Shown here: positions 1-11,113 of the stretch, piece after piece | Layout: every line of letters begins with the position of its first letter | How positions within the stretch are numbered: the first letter of the stretch is position 1 | Assembly: GCA_037045455.1 (NCBI GenBank) | Contig: JBAOIN010000006.1 | Location: 31,763-95,762, forward strand | Direction of reading: 5' to 3' | Source: Candidatus Nanopelagicales bacterium | GTDB lineage: Bacteria; Actinomycetota; Actinomycetes; S36-B12; UBA10799 | Length of the DNA: 64,000 nucleotides | Notes under the pieces: model-generated | Database searches by the model: none | What the model was told of the DNA's origin: nothing | Seen by the model: the letters and a program-made list of their open reading frames with translations, nothing else | Translations under genes and position numbers: made by a program

Positions 1-1368
1 CTGATGCGCGACCAGGACGGCGAACCCGACTGCCTGCTCGTGCAGGTCGAGGACCGCAGCGGAGAACACGAGGCCAGGGAACGCTTGCAGTACGAGCGCT
101 ACCACGACGAACTGACCGGTTTGCACAACCTGGCCTGGATCCAGGACACGTTGCAGACGGAGTTGTCGGCTTGCCCCCCGGACCGGCAGATCGGGGTGCT
201 GTTCATCGACCTGGACAACTTCAAGGTGGTCAACGACTCGCTGGGTCACGGTGCCGGCGACCGGGTGCTGTCGACGGTGGCGCAACGCATCAGCGGCCAA
301 CTGCCGGAGCGAGCTCATCTCGGGAGATTCGGCGGTGACGAGTTCGTGGTCGTCGTCCCGGACGTCAGCAGCACCAAGCAGGTGGAGTTGATCGCGGAGC
401 GCATCCTGCAGGCGGTCGCCACGCCGGTGCAGGTACTGGGGCACAGCGTGGTGCCCAGTGGCTGCATCGGGATCGGCCTGTCCACGGCTGTCTCCACGCC
501 CGCCGAACTGCTGCGGGATACCGACTCGGCCTTGTTCAAGGCCAAGGCCGCGGGCCGCGGGCGGTGGCAGTTCTTCGACGAGGAGACGCACAGCGATGCC
601 GTGGAACGGCTGACGATCGAAGGCGAGCTGCGCGACAGCCTGGGGCGGGATCGTTTCGTGGTGCACTACCAGCCCATCGTGCACCTGCTCGAGGAACGCA
701 TCGTGGGCTACGAGGCATTGGTGCGCTGGAATCACCCCACCCGCGGCTTGCTGTCACCCGCGCAGTTCCTGCCGGTGGCCGAGGAATGCGGACTGATCGT
801 GGACATCTCTGGGGAGGTGACGACGACTGTCTGCCGCACACTGGCGGACTACCCGCAGATCCCATCCATCTCGCTGAACCTGTCAGCGGTGCAACTACTG
901 CAGTCGGGCTGGTCGGCAGCACTGCTGCGGCACGCTCGCCAGGCCGACATCGACCCACACCGGCTCACTGTGGAGATCACCGAGACGTCTGCGCTGGAGA
1001 TCTCGGCCCGCACCCGGTCGGGGCTGCGCACCTTGCGCAAGGCGGGTGTGAACGTGCACGTGGACGACTTCGGCACCGGGTTCTCCTCCATCGCTCTGCT
1101 GCGTGACCTGCCCGTGACGGGACTGAAGCTGGACGCGAGTTTCGTACACGATCTGACAGCGCGCAAGAGTGCCGCGAATGCCCTGGCTGCCGGACTGGCG
1201 GGTCTGGCCGACGGTCTGGGGCTGACTGGCATCGCCGAGGGCATCGAACGCGCCGAGCAGGCCAGCCGGCTGATGACACTGGGGTGGCGCTTCGGCCAGG
1301 GGTACCACTTCGGGCGTCCGCAACCGATCCCGGCGCTCAGTGAAGACCTGGCGCATTCCACAACGTGA
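1..1368 (+). CDS. GGDEF/EAL dual-domain c-di-GMP signalling protein, 5' end outside window
   Basis: ORF 4..1368 stays open to base 1. The translation has GGDEF (RFGGDEFVVVVP), EAL (YEALVRW), DDFGTGFSS and EGIE motifs. Confidence 0.9.
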   Translation: MMRDQDGEPDCLLVQVEDRSGEHEARERLQYERYHDELTGLHNLAWIQDTLQTELSACPPDRQIGVLFIDLDNFKVVNDSLGHGAGDRVLSTVAQRISGQLPERAHLGRFGGDEFVVVVPDVSSTKQVELIAERILQAVATPVQVLGHSVVPSGCIGIGLSTAVSTPAELLRDTDSALFKAKAAGRGRWQFFDEETHSDAVERLTIEGELRDSLGRDRFVVHYQPIVHLLEERIVGYEALVRWNHPTRGLLSPAQFLPVAEECGLIVDISGEVTTTVCRTLADYPQIPSISLNLSAVQLLQSGWSAALLRHARQADIDPHRLTVEITETSALEISARTRSGLRTLRKAGVNVHVDDFGTGFSSIALLRDLPVTGLKLDASFVHDLTARKSAANALAAGLAGLADGLGLTGIAEGIERAEQASRLMTLGWRFGQGYHFGRPQPIPALSEDLAHSTT

Positions 1369-1933
1369 TGACGCGCTGCTCGCGTTCGAAGGACAGGTAG
1401 GACACCGTGCCGGTCTCCAGCATGAAGAGTCGGCCGGCGCGGGCGGGCAGGCCCAGCCAGGTCGCGGTCAGGATCCGCAGCACGTGGCCGTGAGCCACCA
1501 GCGCCACGTCCTGATCGGCCGCCAGATAGGGCTCGCACAACTCGAGCACACGGTGGCAGCGCACGGCGACGTCCTGCGGCTGCTCCCCCGGCGTGGCACC
1601 GGCGGGGATGTGCGCCTCCCAGATCACCCAATTCGGATCCTCGAGGTCCGCACGGATTTGCGCTGTGGTTCTGCCCTCGAAGCCGCCGTAGTCCCACTCG
1701 AGCAGATCGTCGAGGTACGCCTCTGGCGTCAGGCCGGCAAGCAGGGCAGTGTCCCGCGCGCGCTGCAGCGGGCTGCAGGCCACCCACGCGAACTCGTGAC
1801 CGGCCAGATGGGGCTTGAGCCGGGCCGCCGCCTCCCGGCCGGCATCGGTGAGACCGATGTCGGTGCGCCCGGTGTGCTGGCCGCTGCGGCTCCACTCGGT
1901 CTGGCCGTGGCGCAGCATCAGGATTCCCGCCAT
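1337..1933 (-). CDS. histidine phosphatase (phosphoglycerate mutase-like) family protein
   Basis: 198-aa ORF with the N-terminal RHG catalytic motif (MLRHGQTEWS) and a C-terminal HGH. Its 3' end overlaps the convergent gene by 32 nt. Confidence 0.8.
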   Translation of the reverse strand: MAGILMLRHGQTEWSRSGQHTGRTDIGLTDAGREAAARLKPHLAGHEFAWVACSPLQRARDTALLAGLTPEAYLDDLLEWDYGGFEGRTTAQIRADLEDPNWVIWEAHIPAGATPGEQPQDVAVRCHRVLELCEPYLAADQDVALVAHGHVLRILTATWLGLPARAGRLFMLETGTVSYLSFEREQRVITLWNAPGLH

Positions 1934-2124
1934 GGGGGCACTCTGCCAGGCAAGTCCAGGGGGATGCGGAATTACCGTCGGCTGGGCGGCGCCGTGGCTA
2001 GGCTCGGGCGCTGCGGTTAGCGGAAAAGGCGGGGCGTTAGTCGCAAGTCCCGATGTGACTCGTAGACCGGCGTCTGGGGCTCACCGCGGGACTTACCGCC
2101 AATCAGACGGAGGGGCATAACCGG

Positions 2125-2895
2125 CTACAGCACCTTGCCCAGGAAGTCCCGGAAACGCGTGCTCTTCGGGTTGGCCAGGATCTCTCGCGGCACACCCTGC
2201 TCAGCCACGACGCCCTTGTCGATGAAGGCCAGTAGGTCCCCCACCTCGCGCGCGAAACCCATCTCGTGGGTGACCACGATCATCGTCATGCCCGACTGGG
2301 CCAGGCTGCGCATCACGTCCAGCACCTCGCCCACCAGCTCCGGGTCCAGCGCGGAGGTCGGCTCGTCGAACAGCATCAAGTCCGGGTCCATTGCCAGTGC
2401 CCGGGCGATCGCCACCCGCTGCTGCTGTCCACCGGACAGCTGCATGGGATAACTGTCGCCGCGGTCGCCCAAGCCGACCTTGCTGAGCAGGTCGATCGCA
2501 CGCTCGCGGGACTGCTTCTTGTTGTCCTTGCGAACCACGACCGGACCGGCCATCACGTTCTCGGCGGCGGTCATGTGCGGGAAGAGGTTGAAGCGCTGGA
2601 ACACCATGCCGATCGAACGGCGCTGCTCCGCGACCTCCTTGTCGTGCATCTCGTAGAGCTTGCCGCCGCGCTGCTTGTAGCCGATGAGTTCGTCGTCGAC
2701 GCTCAAGCGCCCGGCGTCGATCTTCTCCAGGTGGTTGATGCAGCGCAGGAAAGTGGATTTGCCACCGCCGGAGGGGCCGACGATGCACGCGACCTCGCCG
2801 GTGTGGATTTCCAGGTCGATCCCGCGTAGCACCTCGTTGCGGCCGTAGGCCTTGTGCACGTTCTCGGCGAGTACCTTGACTGGCTTGTCAGTCAC
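2125..2895 (-). CDS. polar amino acid ABC transporter ATP-binding protein
   Basis: Walker [10 protein letters not shown], signature [15 protein letters not shown], Walker [13 protein letters not shown]. Start placed at GTG 2895 (GTGACTGA overlap with the permease stop), not at the ORF-track start 2964. Confidence 0.9.
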   Translation of the reverse strand: MTDKPVKVLAENVHKAYGRNEVLRGIDLEIHTGEVACIVGPSGGGKSTFLRCINHLEKIDAGRLSVDDELIGYKQRGGKLYEMHDKEVAEQRRSIGMVFQRFNLFPHMTAAENVMAGPVVVRKDNKKQSRERAIDLLSKVGLGDRGDSYPMQLSGGQQQRVAIARALAMDPDLMLFDEPTSALDPELVGEVLDVMRSLAQSGMTMIVVTHEMGFAREVGDLLAFIDKGVVAEQGVPREILANPKSTRFRDFLGKVL

Positions 2896-3820
2896 TGTCG
2901 CGCCCCCATCCCAGTCGGCGCCGGATCTTCTGGATCGGCGTGGGTGGCAGCTCGCGCATCGCACCCTTGGCGTAATACCGCTCGATGTAATACTGGCCGA
3001 CCATCAGGATGCTGGTCAGGAACAGGTACCAGAGGCTGGCCATGACGGCCATGGGGAACGGCTGAAAGAGCCGGTTGCCGATCGCGCTGGCCTGGAAGAA
3101 CAACTCCGTGGTCAGTGGCACGGCGATGACCAGCGATGTGGTCTTCAGCATCGAGATCGTCTCGTTGCCGGTCGGCGGCACGATCACTCGCATGGCCTGC
3201 GGAAGCACGATGTGGCGCAGGGTCTGCATCCGGCTCATGCCCAGCGCAGTCGCGGCCTCCTCCTGCCCCTCGTCCACGCTCAGGATGCCGGCGCGCACGA
3301 TTTCCGCCATGTAGGCAGCCTCGTTCAAGCCCAGGCCCAGCAGCGCAGCCACGAAGGCCGGGATGAGGGTCTTGGTCTGGAACGTCAGCAACTCCGGACC
3401 GAACGGGATGCCCAGCGACAACGTCGTGTACAGGGCGATGATGTTGGCCCACAGGAACAGCTGCACGTACACCGGAGTGCCGCGGAACGCCCAGATGAAC
3501 ACCCAGGCGGTGCCGCTGAGCACCGGGTTCGGCGACAGCCGCATGATCGCGAGCACGACACCGAGCACGAGGCCGATGATCATGGCCAGGACGGTCAGGA
3601 TCAGCGTGACCCCGACACCCTTGATGATGGGCGGGGCAAAGATCCAGTTCCCGATCAGCGACCAGCCCCAGTTGGGGTTGGTGATCAGGCTGTGCGCGGC
3701 CATCGCCACAGCGACAAGGACGATGGCCGCGCCCACCCAGCGCCCGGGGTGACGGACCGGGACCGCCTCGATCGGCGGCTTGGCCCGTTCCCCGGACGGC
3801 TGGGTGGTCTCGGTAGTCAT
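2888..3820 (-). CDS. amino acid ABC transporter permease
   Basis: 310-aa polytopic membrane ORF with the EAA-type loop ([23 protein letters not shown]). It lies between the binding-protein and ATPase genes. Confidence 0.9.
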   Translation of the reverse strand: MTTETTQPSGERAKPPIEAVPVRHPGRWVGAAIVLVAVAMAAHSLITNPNWGWSLIGNWIFAPPIIKGVGVTLILTVLAMIIGLVLGVVLAIMRLSPNPVLSGTAWVFIWAFRGTPVYVQLFLWANIIALYTTLSLGIPFGPELLTFQTKTLIPAFVAALLGLGLNEAAYMAEIVRAGILSVDEGQEEAATALGMSRMQTLRHIVLPQAMRVIVPPTGNETISMLKTTSLVIAVPLTTELFFQASAIGNRLFQPFPMAVMASLWYLFLTSILMVGQYYIERYYAKGAMRELPPTPIQKIRRRLGWGRDSD

Positions 3821-3824
3821 CAGC

Positions 3825-4733
3825 TCACCCGGTCGAGGGGTTCACCTCGGAGGACTCGATGGCCCCGTTGGACACCCCCCACTGGTCGAGGATGGCTCCA
3901 TACGTGCCGTCCTGGATGAGGGCGTCCACCGCGCCCTGGATGGCGGACGCGAAGTCGGTCTCGTCCTTGGGCACCACGATGCCGTAGGGCGCGGCGTCGT
4001 ACACGTCGCCGAGTTGCTCGAGCTTGCCCGACTGCTGGATCGCGTAGGCCACGACCGGTGAGTCGGCGAGCATGGCGTCGGCCTTGCCGGACACGACCGC
4101 GGTGGTCGCCTCGGACTGCAGGCCGTACTGCTGGATGCTGATCTCCGGCTTGCCGGCGCTCTTGCAGTCGGCGTTGCGCGCCTCGATGTCGTCGACCTGC
4201 ACGGTCGCCTTCTGCACGGCGACGGTCTTGCCACACGCATCGTCGGCCGAGATCCCCGACGGGTTTCCGGTCTGAACGGCCCAGGCGGTACCGGCGTTGA
4301 AGTAGGTGATCATGTTGACCTGCTTCTCACGCTCCGGGTTCACCGTGAAGCTGGACATCGACGCGTTGAACTTGCCGTTCTCGACACCCACGATCAGGGA
4401 GTCGAACGAGGCGTTCTCCCACTTACCCTGCAGCCCGAGCTTGGCGGCGATGGCGTTCCCGAGATCGACGTCGAAACCGGTGATCGTCTTGCCGTCCTCG
4501 GCCAGGAACTCGCTCGGGGCGTAGCTGGCGTCAGTGCCGAACAACAACGTGCCCGAGTCCTTGACGGCGGCGGGCACCTTCGCGGCCAGCGCGTCATCGG
4601 CGGTGACCGCGGGTGCGGATCCGCTCGGCGCCGGCGACGAGCTGCTGGAGCCCGAGTCACCCCCGCAGGCGGTCAGGGCCATGGCCCCTGCCGCCATCAG
4701 TGCGGCCATCCGGCCGACTGCAGAAACCTTCAT
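3825..4733 (-). CDS. amino acid ABC transporter substrate-binding lipoprotein
   Basis: Internal ATG at 4733 gives a signal peptide plus lipobox (AMALTACGG). The body resembles a family-3 solute-binding protein. The ORF-track extension to 4982 is not protein-like. Confidence 0.85.
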   Translation of the reverse strand: MKVSAVGRMAALMAAGAMALTACGGDSGSSSSSPAPSGSAPAVTADDALAAKVPAAVKDSGTLLFGTDASYAPSEFLAEDGKTITGFDVDLGNAIAAKLGLQGKWENASFDSLIVGVENGKFNASMSSFTVNPEREKQVNMITYFNAGTAWAVQTGNPSGISADDACGKTVAVQKATVQVDDIEARNADCKSAGKPEISIQQYGLQSEATTAVVSGKADAMLADSPVVAYAIQQSGKLEQLGDVYDAAPYGIVVPKDETDFASAIQGAVDALIQDGTYGAILDQWGVSNGAIESSEVNPSTG

Positions 4734-4909
4734 CTGTTCTCTCCCTAAGCGCTTGCGTGGCCTCATGGTGCCACGAGGGCACCACGCTACGGGGGGAAAT
4801 GTAGTCGTCCGCAGCGCGCCAGGCTCGCATTGGGGCACTTTCGGGGTCATCCAGGGTCTACTGTGCCCCTTGTGCCAACCGTTCCGTTCACGCCGTGGGG
4901 GGCAGTGAC

Positions 4910-6277
4910 ATGACGCAAACGACCGAGCCGGAACCGCAGGCCACGACGACCAAGGGACTGACGCTGTGGCCCGCCACGGCACTGGTCACCGGGACGATCA
5001 TCGGGGCGGGTATCTTCACGCAGCCGTCCTGGCTGGCGCAGTACGGACCCATCAGCCTGCTGGGATTCGCGGTCACGGCCTTCGGCAGCGTCATGCTGGC
5101 GCTGACCTTCGCCTCGCTGGCCCGACGCACGCCGGACGTGGGCGGTCCGTACGCGTTCTCCCGGCAAGGGTTCGGTGACTTCGTCGGCTTCCAATCGGCG
5201 TGGACCTACTGGATCGGCGCGTGGGTCGGGGTCGGGGCGATCGCGAGTTCGATGGTCGTCTACCTGGGCGTGCTGATCCCCGCGGTGACCGAGAACAAAC
5301 TCGTCAGCATCCTGGTTGCCGTGGGTGCGATCGCCCTGCTCACGTTCCTCAACACCAACGGCGTGGTCACCGGCGGCATCGTGTCGCTGATCCTCACGAT
5401 CCTCAAAGTGGTGCCGCTGCTGCTCATCGGCACCCTCGGGTTCATCGCCTTCGACGCCGGCAACCTCGGACCGTTTAACGCCACCGGACTACCACCGCTG
5501 GAAGTCATCACGACTGTCATGGCCTACACGTTGTTCTCGTTCATCGGCGTGGAGGCGGCCACGATCCCGGCCGGGGACGTGCACGAACCTGACAAGACCA
5601 TCCCCCGCGCCACGCTCATCGGTACCCTCGCCGCGGCCGCCGTCTACCTGCTGAGCACCACCGCGGTGTTCGGTGCGGTGGAGCACAAGCAACTCGCGAG
5701 CAGCGACGCGGCGTTCGCCGTGGCCGCTCAGAACATGTTCGGCAGTTGGGCCGGCAACGCCGTGGCCGTGGTCGCGGTTGTGTCCTGCCTCGGCGCGATG
5801 AACGGTCTGCTGCTGCTCTCCGGTCAGATCCCGATGGCTGCCGAGTTCGATGGCCTGGCGCCCAAGGCCTTCGGCAAACTGAACATCCACCACGCCCCCG
5901 GCACCGGCCTGATCATCAGCGGCGCCCTGGCCGCCTTCGTGCTGTGGTTCCAGCTGTCCGGGGGCGCCGGGTTGGGCGAGGCGGTGGCCACTTTGGTTCT
6001 CGTGTCCGCAGTGGCCACGATGGTGTCCTACGCGTTCAGCGCCGCGGCCGAGATCAAATGGCTGGTGCTGGACAAGGGGAAGATCCCCGTGGCACACCTC
6101 GCCCGCAAGATGACCGTCGCGATCCTGGCGCTGACCTTCACGATCATGGCGTTCTACGGCGGTGGCCACGAGGAGGTCTACTGGCTGTGGATGCTGATCG
6201 TGCTCGGCGTCCCGATCTACATCTACATCCTGTGGCGGCGCGCCGAGCATGGGGACAAGATCGGTGGGGCCACCTAG
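4910..6277 (+). CDS. APC superfamily amino acid permease
   Basis: Polytopic membrane protein of about 455 aa with the GTIIGAGIF motif near TM1. ATG 4910 chosen; GTG 4895 is possible. Confidence 0.85.
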   Translation: MTQTTEPEPQATTTKGLTLWPATALVTGTIIGAGIFTQPSWLAQYGPISLLGFAVTAFGSVMLALTFASLARRTPDVGGPYAFSRQGFGDFVGFQSAWTYWIGAWVGVGAIASSMVVYLGVLIPAVTENKLVSILVAVGAIALLTFLNTNGVVTGGIVSLILTILKVVPLLLIGTLGFIAFDAGNLGPFNATGLPPLEVITTVMAYTLFSFIGVEAATIPAGDVHEPDKTIPRATLIGTLAAAAVYLLSTTAVFGAVEHKQLASSDAAFAVAAQNMFGSWAGNAVAVVAVVSCLGAMNGLLLLSGQIPMAAEFDGLAPKAFGKLNIHHAPGTGLIISGALAAFVLWFQLSGGAGLGEAVATLVLVSAVATMVSYAFSAAAEIKWLVLDKGKIPVAHLARKMTVAILALTFTIMAFYGGGHEEVYWLWMLIVLGVPIYIYILWRRAEHGDKIGGAT

Positions 6278-6331
6278 GGTCGCGCTGCAACTCTCGGGCT
6301 TGGGTCTTCGGGGATTGCAGCCTCAGCGCCG

Positions 6332-6429
6332 CATCGGTTAGAGGTTCCACCATCCGTTAGGCCGACTCGCCGCTCAACGCACTAACGGATGTTCCAAGGT
6401 CTAACCGATGGGCGAAGGTCTAACCGATG
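6332..6429. repeat. array of five phased decamers: CATCGGTTAG, CATCCGTTAG, then inverted CTAACGGATG, CTAACCGATG, CTAACCGATG
   Basis: Motif starts at 6332 and 6351, then 6382, 6401 and 6420. Phasing is 19 bp within each block and the blocks are inverted relative to each other. Lies in the gap between convergent genes. Confidence 0.8.
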
Positions 6430-7211
6430 CGGCCGCGGTCAGGGCATAACAAGCGATAGCGGCCGCCGTCGCGACATTGAGCGAGTCCGTACCGCGGGCC
6501 ATGGGGATCCGCAAGCGCACGTCAGTCGCGCGCTGCGCCTGCTCGCTCAACCCCGGCCCTTCGGTCCCCACCAGCAGCATCACAGGACCCGCCGGGCGCC
6601 ATTCGCGCAGCGAGTCCTTCCCGGCCGGGTCCAGGGCGACCGTCTGCATGCCTCGCGCTGCCGCAATTCCGGCGCCGACGTCCGCCACCGTCGTCCACGG
6701 CATCGTGAACACCGCTCCCATCGACGTCTTCACGCTGCGCCGATACCACGGGTCGGCACAGCGCCCCGTGACGAGCACGGCATCCACTCCCAGTCCCGCA
6801 GCCGAACGGAAGATGGCACCGACGTTCGTATGGTCCACGAGGTCCTCGAGCAGGATTGCCGTCCGAGCCCCGGCCAGGATCTCGCGTGCGGCCGGTTGCG
6901 GCGGGCGTTCAAAACACGCCAGCGCGCCGCGGTGCAGCCGGAACCCGGTGATGTCGCGGAGAAGCGCTGGCGGCGCCACGTACACCGGCACGTCGGACGG
7001 CACATGCGGTTCCAGCCCTGGCCACCACTTCGCCTCCATCAGGGCGCTGTGCATGTGCAGTCCGGCGGCCAGCGGCCCGGCGGATCACCTTCTCGCCCTC
7101 GGCCAGGAAGATGCCCGCCTCCGGTTCGCTGACCATCCGCAACTGCATGTCGGTCAGCCGCGTGTAGGGCGCGAGCCGGTCGTCGGCGGGATCCTGTACG
7201 TCGATCAGCAT
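6401..7211 (-). pseudogene. TrmH/SpoU family RNA methyltransferase, frame broken by a net +1 indel near 7075
   Basis: The N-terminus (MLIDVQDPADDRLAPYTRLTDMQLR..FLAEGEKVIRRA) is in the frame of ORF 6909..8015. The remainder (LEDLVDHTNVGAIFRSAAGLGVDAVL..) is in ORF 6401..7054. Confidence 0.8.
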
Positions 7212-7939
7212 CAGCGGCCCAGGAAAGCGACAGTGGCCGCCACGATGCCGACCAGGATGACTAGTCCGCGCAGCGCTACGGCCGGCAGACGGCGGGTGAT
7301 GCGCCCGCCCAACCAGCCGCCCAGCAGCGAGGAGACGGCCAGGATCGCAGCCGCAGACCACAGCACCTTCCCGCCCACGACGAACACGACCGCCGCCGAG
7401 AGGTTCGCCACCCCTGCCAGTACGTTCTTGAAACCATTGGCATCGTGGATCGCCGTCACACCGCTGGCGGCAAGCGCCGCGAGGAACGCGATCCCCTGAC
7501 CGGCCCCGAAGTATCCGCCGTAGAAACCCGAAGCGCTCAAGGCGACGGTGCTCGTACGGGGATTCGGCTCGGGCAGGTGCTTGAGCAGAAGTGGCTGCAA
7601 CGCCACCAGCCCGACGGCCAGCAGGATCAACCAGGGCACTGCTGCACTGAACACCTCGCTGGGCAGGACCAGCACCAGCAACGCGCCGGCCATTGCGCAG
7701 GCGGCAACGATCAGCCCCCACCGCAGGACCCGCCGGTCCAGCACATCGCGAAACGCGTAGGCGCCGCTTGCACTGCCCGGCACCAGCCCCAGGCAGTTCG
7801 TCCCGTTCGCGATCACCGGCGGTACGCCCATGGCCAGCAACGTCGGAAACGTGATCAACGTGCCGGAACCCACAGCGGCGTTGATCCCGCCGGCGGCGAA
7901 CCCGGCCGCGAACAGCCAGGCCATCTCCTGGCCGGTCAT
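7211..7939 (-). CDS. TauE/SafE family sulfite exporter-like membrane protein
   Basis: Polytopic membrane ORF with glycine-rich TM helices typical of the family. Start set at ATG 7939 (ATGA overlap with the upstream ABC gene stop). Confidence 0.75.
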   Translation of the reverse strand: MTGQEMAWLFAAGFAAGGINAAVGSGTLITFPTLLAMGVPPVIANGTNCLGLVPGSASGAYAFRDVLDRRVLRWGLIVAACAMAGALLVLVLPSEVFSAAVPWLILLAVGLVALQPLLLKHLPEPNPRTSTVALSASGFYGGYFGAGQGIAFLAALAASGVTAIHDANGFKNVLAGVANLSAAVVFVVGGKVLWSAAAILAVSSLLGGWLGGRITRRLPAVALRGLVILVGIVAATVAFLGR

Positions 7940-8719
7940 GCCACGTGGGCCGTCCAACGGCTGCCGTGCCGCTGGACCGAGACGGGCAAACCGAACGCGG
8001 TGGACACGGTCTCACTGCTCAGCGTGTCGTCGATCGGCCCCTGCGCGACCGCCCGGCCGTCGCGCAGCGCGAGCACATGGGTGGCGTTGGCCGGGATCTC
8101 TTCCACGTGATGGGTGACCATGACCACCGTCGGTGCGCCAGGTGCGGCCAGCAGGACGTCGAGGCGGCGCAGCAGATCCTCCCGGCCGGCAATGTCCAGT
8201 CCGGCGGCCGGCTCGTCCAGCAGCAGCAGTTCTGGATCAGCCATCAACGCCCGGGCGATCAGGGTGCGCTTGCGCTCGCCTTCGCTGAGCGTGCCGAAGC
8301 GGGCGTCGGCCAGATGCGACAGACCCCAGGCATCGAGCAGGTCGCGGGCACGGGCCTCGTCCAGTTCGTCATAGGCCTCTCGCCAGCGGCCCAGGACCGC
8401 CCACGCGCTGGTCAGGACGACGTTTCGCACGCGCTCGGAGTCCGGGACGCGAGCCGCAAGCGCCGCGCTGGCCAGCCCGATCCGGGGCCGCAGGTCGAAC
8501 ACGTCCACCGCACCGAGGCGTTCGTCGAGGATCTCGGCGGTGCCGGAACTCGGGATGGATCAGCGTGCCGGCGATCTGCAGGACCGTGGTCTTGCCCGCC
8601 CCATTCGGTCCGAGCACGACCCAGGTCTGTCCCTCAGAGACCGCCCAGTCGATATGATCGACGATCGCCCGGCCGCCCCGCTGAACGGACACGTCCACGA
8701 GGTTGATGACGTCGGCCAC
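7936..8719 (-). pseudogene. ABC transporter ATP-binding protein, frame broken by a net +1 indel near 8551
   Basis: The N-terminus with Walker A (GPNGAGKTT) is in ORF 8369..8719. The signature LSEGERKRTLIARAL and Walker B LLLLDEPAAGLD are in ORF 7936..8508. Removing one base from CCCGAGTTCC restores ..IHPSSGTAEILDERLG.. Confidence 0.85.
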
Positions 8720-8745
8720 GGGACCTAACCCTACGCTGGGATGTC

Positions 8746-9386
8746 ATGACGGTTGTTCCGCTGTCCTACCAGTTGTGCGGGTGGATCCCGGCCTGGTGGC
8801 GCGGCACGGCCGGCGGTGACGACCTGCTGGAACTGCTCGGATCGCAGGCCCTCGCGCGGGCCTCCGAGCTGCGGGCTTCGGTGACAGCGTTGACGGCCTA
8901 CAGCCCGGAACTCGGAGTGGGTGTGCTCCCGGGGCCCAAGCCCGCCACCGAGGCTGCCGTCGCGGCTGGTCAGGCGGTGATCCTGCACGGTGGTGTCGGT
9001 GAGCCCGCAACGCTGTTGATACCCGCAGCGGACGGCTGGGAGTTCGTTCCTGCCGCGCCGCCGCGCCCGGTCGACCTCGACCTGCGGCAGGCGGCTGCGG
9101 ACTTCGCCGAGGCTGTCGTGATCGCCGAGCAGGAGTTGCGCTCCACCGGCACCTCGTTCGACCAACCCGTGGCGCAGATGAGCGTGCGGCCGCTGCCACC
9201 GGGCGCGGATGCGGAACGCAAGGGCGTCTTGGTGCGCGCCGTGCGCGTCTGGAGTGCGGTGGCAGCAGTCCCGCCCGCGCGCCGTTCTCCGGCACTAGCG
9301 GACGTGGTGACCGCCAGCGCCCGCGCTGCCCTTGCTGCCTATACCGAGCCGGTGGTCAGCGCCCCCGCCCGCAGCCGGCGGTTCGC

Positions 9387-9390
<4 letters not shown>
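8746..9390 (+). CDS. hypothetical protein
   Basis: 214-aa ORF with ATG start. Its stop overlaps the serB start (ATGA). No family recognised. Confidence 0.55.
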
Positions 9391-11077
<1,687 letters not shown>

Positions 11078-11113
11078 GACTGATTGTCGCGCAAGACGCC
11101 CGCCTGCAGCACA

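Noticed and set aside
1337-1368. 32-nt tail-to-tail overlap of the GGDEF/EAL gene and the histidine phosphatase gene as evidence of a mis-called end
   Set aside because: Both ORFs have good coding character up to their stops and no alternative earlier stop exists. The overlap is accepted as real but unremarkable.
6332-6429. Phased decamer arrays as a CRISPR array
   Set aside because: The repeat unit is only 10 bp with 9-bp spacers, the copies are inverted as well as direct, and there are no cas genes in the window. This is incompatible with CRISPR architecture.
6909-8015. 368-aa ORF overlapping the TauE-family gene
   Set aside because: It is Arg/Gly/Pro-rich shadow sequence, except for the final about 50 codons, which are the displaced N-terminus of the TrmH-family gene.
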